A stretch of DNA of 64,000 nt from Candidatus Latescibacterota bacterium (GTDB taxonomy: Bacteria > Latescibacterota > UBA2968): positions 3,808,001 through 3,872,000 of the forward strand of contig OZ242320.1 in the NCBI GenBank assembly GCA_965208125.1, given 5' to 3'. The position numbers were made by a program, and so were the translations under genes. Shown in pieces: positions 45,248 to 55,060 of the stretch. The stretch's first letter is position 1. Each line of letters begins with the position of its first letter. Below the pieces are notes generated by a model. The model saw only the letters and a program-made list of their open reading frames with translations, searched no databases and was not told the DNA's origin.

Positions 45248-45764
45248 CTACCTTTTTTGCTTTCAGGCTCTCGAGAAATGCACGGGTTTCGGAAATATCA
45301 AATTTGGGGTCTTCGGCTTCGATACACAAAAAGAACCCATCACCAGAAGCGCGTTCAAAATTGGGCACATTAAAAACCGGGTGATAGGGACGCGGCAAAC
45401 CATTGAGGATAAGCATGCCAATCAATGCACCGAAAGCGGAAAATAGTACGCCGAGTTCAAATGTCACGGGAATAAAAGAGGGCCAGCTCAAAAGGGGCCG
45501 ACCACCCACATTGAGCGGATAGTCGATTACAGATACCCAGTACTGAAGCCCAAAGCCAGAACAGGCACCGAGAAGCGCACATATCAACACAATGATGGGC
45601 ACGCGGTGCTTGTCATAACCCATTGATTCCGACAAATCGTGTATCGGCATTGGAGAATAAGCGTCCATCTTGCGATACCCTTCTGCATATGAATCTTTCG
45701 CAGCTTTGAGCAATTCGTCGGGACCGTCAAATTCGGCCAAAAGACCGTATAAATTTTCAGCCAT
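45231..45764 (-). CDS. actD: Alternative complex III subunit ActD (DUF3341)
   Basis: GLLAEF, DAYSPMPIH, YPLNVGGRP, FIPVTFE. Confidence 0.92.
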   Translation of the reverse strand: MAENLYGLLAEFDGPDELLKAAKDSYAEGYRKMDAYSPMPIHDLSESMGYDKHRVPIIVLICALLGACSGFGLQYWVSVIDYPLNVGGRPLLSWPSFIPVTFELGVLFSAFGALIGMLILNGLPRPYHPVFNVPNFERASGDGFFLCIEAEDPKFDISETRAFLESLKAKKVDDVEP

Positions 45765-45776
45765 AATCACACCCGT

Positions 45777-47177
45777 TTAATCATCGGCAGAAGCCGTTTC
45801 CGCATGTTCTCCGTGGTTTTTATTTGCCACCAACTGGCGGATTTCAAAAATGTTGATGACGGGCATCACCCGAATAAACAGGATCATCATAAAGAGGAAA
45901 AATCCAATTGTGCCTGCGTACAATCCCCAGTCCCACGGCGTCGAGTGATACATGTCCCAGGAAGAAGGCATAAAGTCGCGGTGGAGACTTGTCACCACAA
46001 TGATAAATCGCTCGAGCCACATTCCCACATTGATGAACATCGAAATAATGAACAGTCCCAATGGACTCAAACGCACCTTCTTAATCCACAATAATTGGGG
46101 AATAGCGACATTGCACAAGATCAATGACCAGTAAGTACCGGAATAAGGGCCAAATGTGCGATTTTGCATCATATAGCCTTCATAGGGGCTGGCACTATAC
46201 CAGGCAAAAAATTGCTCCATCGCATAGCCATAAGCCACAATGAGTCCGGTGGCGAGCATCACCTTGCCCATATTGTTCAAGTGGCGGTCAGTGATGTAGT
46301 CGTGCAATCCGTAAAAGTAGCGAATGGGCAGCCCCAGCGTCAACACCATTGCAAAACCGGCATATACGGCACCCGCCACAAAATAAGGTGGAAAGATGGT
46401 TGCATGCCAGCCGGGAATCAGGCCTACGGAAAAGTCCAAACTCACGATGGAGTGTACGGATAGCACCAGCGGCGTCGATACACCCGCTAAGAGAAGCGCG
46501 GCCATTTCATAGTTAAACCAGTGCTTGGCGGATCCGCGCCATCCCATTGACAACACGCCGTAGATGAGCTGTGAAATTTTGTGTTTGGCCTTGTCGCGCA
46601 GGGTGGCAAAATCGGGAATCAGACCCAGATACCAGAAGATCAGAGATACCGTAAAGTAGGTGCCAACGGCAAATACGTCCCATATCAACGGACTGCGGAA
46701 CTGCGGCCACACAGACATTGTATTGGGATAGGGCAACAGCCAGTAAGCCGCTACCCAGGGACGTCCCGTGTGCAACAGTGGAAACATACCTGCACACATG
46801 ACGGCAAAAATGGTCATGGCTTCGGCAAACCGGTTGATCGAATTGCGCCATTGCTGACGCATGAGCAACAAAATAGCGGAAATCAGTGTGCCCGCGTGCC
46901 CAATACCGATCCACCAGACAAAGTTGATAATTGCCCAGCCCCAACCAACGGGAATATTTAAGCCCCAGATGCCAGTCCCTTTGATTAGCAGCCAGGTCGC
47001 AGACAACATCAACAACTGCAGAATACCACCTGCAATCAGCATTGCTGCGATCCACCCCAAAGGCGTGCGATTGGTGATGAGCGCACTGAGTCTTTGCGTC
47101 ACCGTCGTATAGGTCTGCCCCGGACCGAGCACCGGCGCTGGCATCGTCGGATCGTTTATAGGTGCAGGACTACCCAT
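45777..47177 (-). CDS. actC: Alternative complex III quinol-oxidising subunit ActC (NrfD family)
   Basis: NFVWWIGIGHAGTLISA, RFAEAMT, HTGRPW, FRSPLIWD, LVLSVHS, GMWLERF. Confidence 0.95.
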   Translation of the reverse strand: MGSPAPINDPTMPAPVLGPGQTYTTVTQRLSALITNRTPLGWIAAMLIAGGILQLLMLSATWLLIKGTGIWGLNIPVGWGWAIINFVWWIGIGHAGTLISAILLLMRQQWRNSINRFAEAMTIFAVMCAGMFPLLHTGRPWVAAYWLLPYPNTMSVWPQFRSPLIWDVFAVGTYFTVSLIFWYLGLIPDFATLRDKAKHKISQLIYGVLSMGWRGSAKHWFNYEMAALLLAGVSTPLVLSVHSIVSLDFSVGLIPGWHATIFPPYFVAGAVYAGFAMVLTLGLPIRYFYGLHDYITDRHLNNMGKVMLATGLIVAYGYAMEQFFAWYSASPYEGYMMQNRTFGPYSGTYWSLILCNVAIPQLLWIKKVRLSPLGLFIISMFINVGMWLERFIIVVTSLHRDFMPSSWDMYHSTPWDWGLYAGTIGFFLFMMILFIRVMPVINIFEIRQLVANKNHGEHAETASADD

Positions 47178-50166
47178 GCTGTGAAATCTCCGGATTGGGA
47201 TTGGTCAACCGCGCGAGATACGTGGTGCGCGGTTTGGTATTTAACTCTGTCAAAATGCCGTAATTTCTCTGTTGGGCTTTGAGCCTGGCCACGCGGCTAT
47301 TGGGGTCTTTAATATCGCCAAATACAATGGCATCTGCAGGACATGCCCCCTGACAGGCGGTTGTAATATCGCCATCTTTCAATTCGCGATCCTCGACCCT
47401 GGCTTCAATTCGCGCAGCACTAATGCGCTGCACGCAATAGGTACATTTTTCCATTACGCCGCGACCGCGCACTGTCACATTGGGATTGCGCTGCAACTTG
47501 AAACTCGGTGTTTCTTCATCGGCATAGTGAAGGAAGTTGAAGCGTCTCACCTTATAGGGACAGTTATTTGAACAATACCTTGTACCCACGCAGCGATTAT
47601 AGGCCATATCATTCAATCCCTCGGCACTGTGTACGGTCGCGCCAACGGGACAGACCAGTTCACAGGGCGCATTTTCGCACTGCATACAGGGTACGGGCTG
47701 GTTATAAAGTTCGGGGTTGTCCAGATCGCCTTTGTAGTAGCGATCGATGCGAATCCAGTGCATCTCGCGCCCGTTGAGCACCTCATCTTTGCCCACTACC
47801 GGGATATTATTTTCCGACTGACAGGCGACTGTGCAGGCATTGCAACCATTGCACGAATTCAGGTCAATTGCCATGCCCCAAGCTATGCCGTCGTTGTCGT
47901 GAATCCCATCAAAAAAGTTTGCGTCGGGACCGGGATCGTGTCCCATTTCGTGTACAAAATGCGGGTGTTTTTCGTATTCCTCGACTGTGCCAGATCGCAC
48001 CAGCGCGCGGCCTTCCATGCTGTGGTGATCCTGCGTGCAGGCCAGGGGATACGTCTGTCCCGTCTTTGTCATTGACGCATTCGATGCAACCCAGGGAGAA
48101 TCAGATGTCTGAAGAGCATAAGCGTTAAAGCCAACGCCATTACCCACGCGCCCGGCAGCCGTGCGTCCAAAGCCGAGATGTACGGTAACGGCATTTGCGG
48201 GATGTCCAGGTGCGATCCAAACAGGTGCTTCCACCGAGCGATCATTCGCACTCAACAAGACCACATCGCCATTTTGAAGCCCCATTACCTCGGCAGTTGC
48301 CGGCGCGATCAAAGCCGCATTGTCCCAGGTGAGGCGCGTATGGGGTTTGGGCAATTCTTGCAACCAGCCATTGTTGGCATATCGCCCATCGCCAATTGTG
48401 GGATCCAGGCGGAAGTTCACTTCGAGCCCCTCATTCGCCTGCGATGGCGTGCCGTAATTTTCGGTCAAGCTAACAGACCGCTCGGGCAAAGCTGTATCGG
48501 GTACCAACCCGTCGTGCAAATAAGTTTGCCAGGTTGTTTCAAAATCGCTGTCTTTGTATTGCTCTTGCCAATATTCTTTGACCCGATCATAATCCGTGCG
48601 TCCATCCCCCAGCATCATCGCCACCAGTTCTGCAGCGGACTTGCCACCGTAGAGTGGCTCAATCAACGGCTGGACAATAGAAACAGTGCCATCAAAAGCG
48701 CGTGTATCACCCCAGGCTTCTAATGCGTGTGCTTCGGGTAAATGCCAGTGAGACAATCGCGCGGTTTCATTTTGGGACTGGCCCAGATGGATGCGCGTTG
48801 TCACTTTCTGGTAAGCGGCGGCAAAATTGAGATCTGCCGGGGCATTATAGATGGGATTGCCACTCAGAACTACCAGCAGGGAAACTTTGCCCTCTGACAT
48901 ATCAACGGTTAAATCTTTGAGAGAAGCGTATTGATTGGTCGGCTCGGCTTCTACTGGATCTGTGTACGTCACGGTATTACCCACATTGCCCAACGCATCG
49001 TTGATGGCGTGTGCAAGTGCGTGAACAGCAGGCGGCTGATGATCGCCAGCAATCACCAGCGATGCGCCGCGATGCGCCGTTAAATCTTTGACCAATGCAT
49101 TGAGCCAGGCATCATGCCCAGTACTATCGCCACCTGTTGTGTTTATCCCCAATGCAGCAGCCACTGCCCGCGCAAATCCCTCGATCTGACTGGCTTTTAA
49201 TGGCAGGCGATGATCGGCAAAAGACCCCGTATTGGAGGGGGTGGATTCAACGACATAGATCCGATTCATATCGGCCTTTTGACCGTCGATGACCTGGCGA
49301 CCAAGGGCAACGTGACGAGCGTATCGAACACTTGCCGCACCACTATCCATGAAATCGGCGTCTAAAGACAAGATGCGTTTGGCTTTTTCGAAATGATACT
49401 GCGTTTCGACCACCTCGCCAAAAGCCATTCTGGCACCTTCGCGCATGTTGTCGCGTGTACCAGGCTCAAATTGATGCCACCTTGCATTGGGATATTTTTC
49501 CAATAGCGCGCGGATTTGGCTGACCAAAATCGGGGAGGTCACCGTTTCTGTCAGCAGACGCAATCCTTCTCCTTGATCCAAATCGAGTTTTGCCACTTCG
49601 GTCGCAAGGGTAGCGGAAAATCTCGTCCATGTACTCGCCCGCCCATTTGACACGGGTACCTGCGTGCGGTCAGGATCGTAGAGGTCGAGTATTTGAGCTT
49701 GTGTAATTGCATCTGTGGGCCCAAAAGTCGCATTGCCCGATCGAGGCGTTGCAGGATGTGCGGGATTGCCTTCTATTTTGGTCGGACGTCCCGCATGGCT
49801 TTCGACCAGTACACCCCGGGCGAATCCGCCTTGAGAGAGCGCCGAAGCAAAGAACAGAGGTTTACCGGGTATGATCTGCTCGGGCGCACGGATATAGGGG
49901 ACGATTTTTTCCGGCGGCTGGCGCGTACACGATGTCAAACCGGCAAATGCCAGAGACGCACCCATCACCTGTAGAAATTTCCGGCGGCCGACTTTGTCGC
50001 TCCATTCGGAAGCCCCTTCGGGAAATTCGCGGTGCAAATAGTCGCGAAATTCTTCCGTATCGGCCAATTCATTCAGGCTGCGCCAATAATCCTGCCCCTC
50101 GCGCGTAGATAGGCGTTCGCGAATCGCAGAGAGGTCCAAACCGTCTTTATGTGCTGTGCGTGTCAT
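47170..50166 (-). CDS. actB: Alternative complex III subunit ActB (molybdopterin-oxidoreductase-like scaffold fused to an Fe-S domain)
   Basis: YWRSL leader, twin-arginine GRRKFLQ, GRPTKIEGNP, NNGWLQE, Fe-S motifs CNGCNACTVAC, CMQCENAPCELVCP, CVGTRYCSNNCP, CTYC...CQGACP; start 50166 or 50175. Confidence 0.95.
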   Translation of the reverse strand: MTRTAHKDGLDLSAIRERLSTREGQDYWRSLNELADTEEFRDYLHREFPEGASEWSDKVGRRKFLQVMGASLAFAGLTSCTRQPPEKIVPYIRAPEQIIPGKPLFFASALSQGGFARGVLVESHAGRPTKIEGNPAHPATPRSGNATFGPTDAITQAQILDLYDPDRTQVPVSNGRASTWTRFSATLATEVAKLDLDQGEGLRLLTETVTSPILVSQIRALLEKYPNARWHQFEPGTRDNMREGARMAFGEVVETQYHFEKAKRILSLDADFMDSGAASVRYARHVALGRQVIDGQKADMNRIYVVESTPSNTGSFADHRLPLKASQIEGFARAVAAALGINTTGGDSTGHDAWLNALVKDLTAHRGASLVIAGDHQPPAVHALAHAINDALGNVGNTVTYTDPVEAEPTNQYASLKDLTVDMSEGKVSLLVVLSGNPIYNAPADLNFAAAYQKVTTRIHLGQSQNETARLSHWHLPEAHALEAWGDTRAFDGTVSIVQPLIEPLYGGKSAAELVAMMLGDGRTDYDRVKEYWQEQYKDSDFETTWQTYLHDGLVPDTALPERSVSLTENYGTPSQANEGLEVNFRLDPTIGDGRYANNGWLQELPKPHTRLTWDNAALIAPATAEVMGLQNGDVVLLSANDRSVEAPVWIAPGHPANAVTVHLGFGRTAAGRVGNGVGFNAYALQTSDSPWVASNASMTKTGQTYPLACTQDHHSMEGRALVRSGTVEEYEKHPHFVHEMGHDPGPDANFFDGIHDNDGIAWGMAIDLNSCNGCNACTVACQSENNIPVVGKDEVLNGREMHWIRIDRYYKGDLDNPELYNQPVPCMQCENAPCELVCPVGATVHSAEGLNDMAYNRCVGTRYCSNNCPYKVRRFNFLHYADEETPSFKLQRNPNVTVRGRGVMEKCTYCVQRISAARIEARVEDRELKDGDITTACQGACPADAIVFGDIKDPNSRVARLKAQQRNYGILTELNTKPRTTYLARLTNPNPEISQHG

Positions 50167-50831
50167 CGATGACATGTCGAGCAATCCGTGGAAGGGTTAA
50201 TATCGTAGTCTTGAACCAGTTGTGCGCCCAGCAGGGCTTGAGAGACCACATGTCCGCGTTCATCCATTGGTTTCCAGGTCATATTGAAAACTTCTTCGCG
50301 GGGACGCACATATTTCTCGGGTGCCCGGTGACATTCCAGGCACCATTCCATATTGAGGGTGTTCACTTTCCACATCAGCGGCATTTGATCGACCTGCCCG
50401 TGACAGGTTTGACATCCGATGCCTTTGTGGACGTGAATGCTGTGATTGAAATAGACAAAATCGGGGAGATCGTGCACGCGAACCCACTCTATGGGATTAC
50501 CCGTGCGATAACTTTCGCGGATGGGTTCGAGAAGGGGGCTTTCCGTCCATACTTGAGAATGGCAGGTCATGCAGGTTTCAACAGGTGGGATATTGGCAAA
50601 TGAAGATTCTTCTACAGAGGTGTGACAATAGCGACAATCAATGCCCACGCCGGTCACATGGTGTTTGTGACTGAAGGGTACGGGCTGTTTTTTTGCGACC
50701 AGGACATCGGATGTGTAGTGCAATCGGTTGGTGTTGAGCAGAATGGTGAGGCCCGTTCCAACAACAACCAGAACCACGACAATACTGATTCTGGCAAACG
50801 CGTTACTGCCACGCGGAAAAAGCTGCGCCAT
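50163..50831 (-). CDS. actA: Alternative complex III pentaheme cytochrome c ActA
   Basis: N-terminal TM, QPVPFSHKHH, five CxxCH (CRYCH, CMTCH, CQTCH, CLECH, CSTCH). Confidence 0.95.
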   Translation of the reverse strand: MAQLFPRGSNAFARISIVVVLVVVGTGLTILLNTNRLHYTSDVLVAKKQPVPFSHKHHVTGVGIDCRYCHTSVEESSFANIPPVETCMTCHSQVWTESPLLEPIRESYRTGNPIEWVRVHDLPDFVYFNHSIHVHKGIGCQTCHGQVDQMPLMWKVNTLNMEWCLECHRAPEKYVRPREEVFNMTWKPMDERGHVVSQALLGAQLVQDYDINPSTDCSTCHR

Positions 50832-50892
50832 TTATGAATCCTGTGAAGTGAGATGAGACAAAATGAGATCAGGTCGAGCCTACGAAGGGCTT

Positions 50893-50920
50893 AATATACA
50901 CGAATCCACATGCGAGTCAA
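50893..50920 (-). promoter_or_regulatory. Candidate sigma70 promoter of the act-cta operon
   Basis: Minus strand TTGACT, 16 bp spacer, TATATT about 60 bp upstream of actA. Confidence 0.5.
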
Positions 50921-50994
50921 GTAATAAGTTTCGCTCATATAAACTGTACATTATTATCTACTTTGTTTGGTATATAATACACGACTTTTTAATT

Positions 50995-52116
50995 TTAAGT
51001 GTCCGCTGTATGTTGTTCTATATTGCGCCGATTGTCGCCTGTGGGCAGTTCGGCAATGTACTGGTAATTGGGGTCACGCGCCTGTCTGTCCAGGATCTCG
51101 GCAATTTGTTTCCACGTTTCGCGCAAGCCCCGGGTGCAGTAGGGCATTTCGTGTTTGATCAGCCTGTGTAGCCGACCGAGTTTGTAGCACGGAACCGCAG
51201 CGTACATGTGGTGTTCGGTATGGTAGTTCATATGCCAGTAGAGAAATTGGAGCAGGGGATTGAGGTAGATCGTGCGGCAGCAGAGGCGAAAATCCGGTAC
51301 TTTGTCTTGCAGACCAACATGCTGTGCGGAGTTGCAGAGGGATTGCAACCACGATCCGAACATTTTCGGAAATGTGATGACCAGCGGGACAATCCAGTAC
51401 CCATATGCCAGAGATATACCCGCGATCGAGAGGTGGCCGATGAGCAAGGTGCGCTCCCATCTGGTGTAGGCGCGACACCGCTCTGGATCGCTTTCGGGAA
51501 AGAGCATTCCAATCCAGGAATTTTCCCTGTTGATATGGCCGGTAAAATTTCGAAACCTCTCTTTGAGCAGTGTGTAGGGGTACTTGTGGTTTACAATGGC
51601 TCGTTTCCACAGACCTTTGAGATCGATTTTTTGAGGGAGTACGACTTCCTGGTCATCGGGCGCGTGCAAGGTGTATTTGTGGTGCTCGGTATGGCTGGCC
51701 CAGAATAGATGATGGTTGTGCCAGCCGAGGAAGGATAAAATGCGGAGAAAGAAGCGATTGAGCCATCGGGTCTTGAAGACCGAATCGTGTACCATTTCGT
51801 GAAAGCCGTTGACCAGAAAATGCCAGAAATGCCCGTTGATGAAGACCAGTAGCGCAGTGATATACCAGGGCCAGTGGCGCGATGAGTAAATGGCCGCTCC
51901 CGCAGCAACAGTTAACACGCCCAGGAAACCGAGTGTCTGAGCAAAGCCGAGGAAATCACTTCGCTTATTGAGTTCGCGCAATGTCTCGCGGGGGACGCGA
52001 CAGCGGTACCATTTGATGCGCGTCTTTCTGGGCGGTTTATTGTATTTTGGACCTTCTGTGAACACGTCTCGATCCGAGAGCGCGTTTTGGTCGGTATTTT
52101 TAGTTTGTGTGTTCAA
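50995..52116 (-). CDS. Fatty-acid-desaturase-family membrane di-iron enzyme (MocD-like)
   Basis: His boxes HEMVH, SHTEHH, QH, NYHTEHH. Confidence 0.88.
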   Translation of the reverse strand: MNTQTKNTDQNALSDRDVFTEGPKYNKPPRKTRIKWYRCRVPRETLRELNKRSDFLGFAQTLGFLGVLTVAAGAAIYSSRHWPWYITALLVFINGHFWHFLVNGFHEMVHDSVFKTRWLNRFFLRILSFLGWHNHHLFWASHTEHHKYTLHAPDDQEVVLPQKIDLKGLWKRAIVNHKYPYTLLKERFRNFTGHINRENSWIGMLFPESDPERCRAYTRWERTLLIGHLSIAGISLAYGYWIVPLVITFPKMFGSWLQSLCNSAQHVGLQDKVPDFRLCCRTIYLNPLLQFLYWHMNYHTEHHMYAAVPCYKLGRLHRLIKHEMPYCTRGLRETWKQIAEILDRQARDPNYQYIAELPTGDNRRNIEQHTADT

Positions 52117-52215
52117 AGTCTATGATCCACTTGTTGGAAATTTAAAATCAGCGATCAAGATACGCGAATCTACTGGCGCGTCAAGCGCGTTTTGTGAGCC
52201 ATTGGCTGAGAAGCC

Positions 52216-52248
52216 AAAAGAAAGCCCCGGCATCAAAAATGCCAGGGC
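52216..52248 (-). terminator. Probable terminator
   Basis: gccc(c)ggcat...atgccagggc stem followed by a T-rich tract on the minus strand. Confidence 0.5.
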
Positions 52249-52275
52249 GTACATGTTAATGTGTACCTGATTTAC

Positions 52276-53463
52276 CTATCCACTTGTCTTGCCAAAGTTT
52301 GAGGTAAATATCAAAAAGTCATTAAAATCTACGTCGCCATCCTGATCCAAATCACCTATTAAACCGCTTGGCGTACCACTCCCGCCTCCGCCAGATGGGA
52401 TTTCAGAGGACCACCGAAGGATCTCGTTTTGTCCCCGGGTCTCTGCGACTCCGTTGCCCACACTATCTACATGAGCCAGGAATTTGCCGCCTTCAATTCC
52501 CAATACACCGTTGCCAGCGCCATCGGCTGTCATAGCCGCAATGGGGCGTCCAGAGGCATTGAGAATGCCCATTACACCGTGTCCATTTTCATCGACACCC
52601 AATACGGAAGTCAAAACACCCTCTCTGTTTGCCACCAACACTTCCGCATCGCCCGCTTCATCAACACCCAGAACAGCTATTGAACCCGAGGCGCTGCTGG
52701 CACTGACTGAGCCATTGCCAGCTTCGTCTAAGCCCAGAATGACCGCACCTGTGCCCGATTCGGAGCTACCGCTCACGATTAGTCCAGCATTTCCAGAATC
52801 ATCGGCACCGAGAAGAGTAAAGCTCGAACCCGATGCATTTGATGAAGCTATCACGCCGTTGCCAGCTTCATCTACGCCCATCCCCGCAACAGTGGCATTA
52901 TTTTCTATCACGCGAATATCGCCATTGCCATTTTGATCAACTGATACAGCGGCAACTGCCTCACCTGCTGCGTTTCCTATGACCAAAATACCATTTCCAA
53001 CGTTATCCGACCCGATTATGGCGACGATCCCTCCCGATGCATTTACAATCTGTAGAGTTCCTGTCTGCAGTGTGCTTGCCTGCAGTGTTTGTACCCGCAA
53101 TGTGTCGGATAAAATCTGCTGTAATCCTGCTTGCGCTTGTTTGCCCAGTCGCGGTATCCCATTCTGGTGCGAGAGAATATTGTTGATAAATTCTGCTTTA
53201 TCTTCACCTGGGCCAAGTCCTGGTGCCTGTATTCGACGTGCCAGAGTTTCTTTTTGACGCGACCAGATATTGCGAAAATCCGTATCACTTTCCACATTTA
53301 CAGAGGCCAATTTTGGTGGAATCAGCCGGTGAAACCACTTTGACGTAAAAGCGGGCGATGTGTTGAAGAGGAATACTATAATCAATCCGATAATCGCCCG
53401 CATTTGCCAGCGCACTCTTTTTTCCAGTGCTTCTACTTTTTTTTCTACGATTTCCCTATCCAT
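52276..53463 (-). CDS. Membrane-anchored repeat protein with about nine G.D..G(N/D/H)G units and a C-terminal EF-hand/dockerin-like motif
   Basis: N-terminal coiled-coil plus TM, 20-25 aa repeats such as AGMGVDEAGNGVI, tail GDLDQDGDVDFNDFLIFTSNFGKTSG. Confidence 0.7.
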   Translation of the reverse strand: MDREIVEKKVEALEKRVRWQMRAIIGLIIVFLFNTSPAFTSKWFHRLIPPKLASVNVESDTDFRNIWSRQKETLARRIQAPGLGPGEDKAEFINNILSHQNGIPRLGKQAQAGLQQILSDTLRVQTLQASTLQTGTLQIVNASGGIVAIIGSDNVGNGILVIGNAAGEAVAAVSVDQNGNGDIRVIENNATVAGMGVDEAGNGVIASSNASGSSFTLLGADDSGNAGLIVSGSSESGTGAVILGLDEAGNGSVSASSASGSIAVLGVDEAGDAEVLVANREGVLTSVLGVDENGHGVMGILNASGRPIAAMTADGAGNGVLGIEGGKFLAHVDSVGNGVAETRGQNEILRWSSEIPSGGGGSGTPSGLIGDLDQDGDVDFNDFLIFTSNFGKTSG

Positions 53464-53659
53464 TCTATCTCCTTGGATTGGTGGTTGGTGTTGTTTGCTT
53501 TGTTAATATAAAGCAATTATCAAACAATAATAACCCAATTATCCGCGGCACTTGTTTTGACTTTGAGATAAGCACCCATGGGTTCCCCTTGCTTTGGTAA
53601 AATGAAACGGCTATTATGGACTACCATGCAGCGAATGTAGAGACTGGAGACGCACAGCG

Positions 53660-55060
53660 ATGAATTTGCCAGATCCACTTATTGTATCCAATGACCGCCA
53701 ACTCTTTGTCGATAACCATTTCATTGACAGCCTTGAAAATGTGCATATTCACCAGCACGCGCCCATCCCGCGCGAAACGTGTCTCTCTCTCAATCGCCCC
53801 TGGGAAGGTGAGACGAGTTGGTGCCCCGTTGTTATTAAAGATGTCGATAAATACAGAATGTGGTACCGATCTCAAGATGAACAACAAAACACGGGCGGTT
53901 TTAACCATACGTTTACGGCTTATGCCGAGAGCGAAGACGGCATTTGTTGGCAACGGCCTAACCTCGGTTTGTTCAATTTTAATGGTTCAACCGATAACAA
54001 TATCTGCGTTGACAATCCCAACACTAAAAACATCGCGGTTTTTAAGGATGAGCGTCCCGGTGTGCCAGAATCCGAGCGGTACAAAGCAGCGGGACGCTGG
54101 AGTGGTGGCAAACCCGCTCGCATCTATGGTCTTGTCTCGCCCGATGGTATTCACTGGCAAAATGCAGGAGGCGGGCCACTCGTCGTCGCCTCTGAAGAAG
54201 ATCCCAATTTTGACAGTCCGGTCAGTGCCTTTTGGGATGCGCGTCAGGGATGTTATGTCCTGTACGCGCGTGGCTGGTTTCCCGATGGCAATGAGCCGCG
54301 AATGCGTGCTATTCGAATGACGACTTCGCGGGATTTCATACATTGGGACGCATGGCAATACATCCGCATTGACGGCAAAACGCGCTTTGATTATCAACTT
54401 TATACAAATGCCGTTCATCCCTACGCACGGGCGCCCTATTATTTTGCTTTTCCCAAACGCTTTATTGCTACGCGCCAGGCTCTGCCCGACTGGGGTCACG
54501 AAGGTCTTTCCGATGTCCTCTTTCTCGCCAGTAGAGATGGACTGAATTTCACACAGCCTTATGCCGATGCGTTTATGCGTCCCGGTCTGGATCAAAATAA
54601 CTGGCACGAGCGTTCCATTTTTATCGGACCGCGTGTCGTTTCTACAGCGCCCGGCGAACTCTCACTTTATTCTGTGCAAAATTATCGCACACCCAATGTA
54701 CACATTCGGCGTTTCACTCTGCGCGAAGATGGGTTTGTTTCTGTTCGCGCTGACGCGAGGACCGGTGTTCTTACGACCAGGCCGTTCACTTTTGCCGGCA
54801 CTCAATTGGAAATCAATTATTCTACGAGTGTTGCCGGATCGATTCGCATTGCATTGCTTGACGAAGCGGGCGATCCCCTTCCCAGATTCGCGCTCGACGA
54901 CTGTCCCCACATTTTCGGCGATGAAATCGCGCGCACTGTTCGCTGGAAAAATGTCAATGCTATCGATGTCGCCCCGAATCAACCCATTCGTTTGCAATTT
55001 GAGCTGATTGAAGCAGACCTTTTTTCCTTTCGGTTCTTCAGTTCCGGAGAAATATCATGA
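53660..55060 (+). CDS. Putative five-bladed beta-propeller glycoside-hydrolase-like protein
   Basis: RQLFVD, YRMWY, AESEDGICW, SPDGIHW, SRDFIHW, SRDGLNF (Asp-box-like), LREDGF; family not assignable by eye. Confidence 0.6.
   Translation: MNLPDPLIVSNDRQLFVDNHFIDSLENVHIHQHAPIPRETCLSLNRPWEGETSWCPVVIKDVDKYRMWYRSQDEQQNTGGFNHTFTAYAESEDGICWQRPNLGLFNFNGSTDNNICVDNPNTKNIAVFKDERPGVPESERYKAAGRWSGGKPARIYGLVSPDGIHWQNAGGGPLVVASEEDPNFDSPVSAFWDARQGCYVLYARGWFPDGNEPRMRAIRMTTSRDFIHWDAWQYIRIDGKTRFDYQLYTNAVHPYARAPYYFAFPKRFIATRQALPDWGHEGLSDVLFLASRDGLNFTQPYADAFMRPGLDQNNWHERSIFIGPRVVSTAPGELSLYSVQNYRTPNVHIRRFTLREDGFVSVRADARTGVLTTRPFTFAGTQLEINYSTSVAGSIRIALLDEAGDPLPRFALDDCPHIFGDEIARTVRWKNVNAIDVAPNQPIRLQFELIEADLFSFRFFSSGEIS

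Noticed and set aside
47170-50166. Catalytic molybdoenzyme (polysulfide, nitrate or formate reductase)
   Set aside because: The context and fused Fe-S domain identify ActB, whose molybdopterin-like domain is established as cofactor-less.
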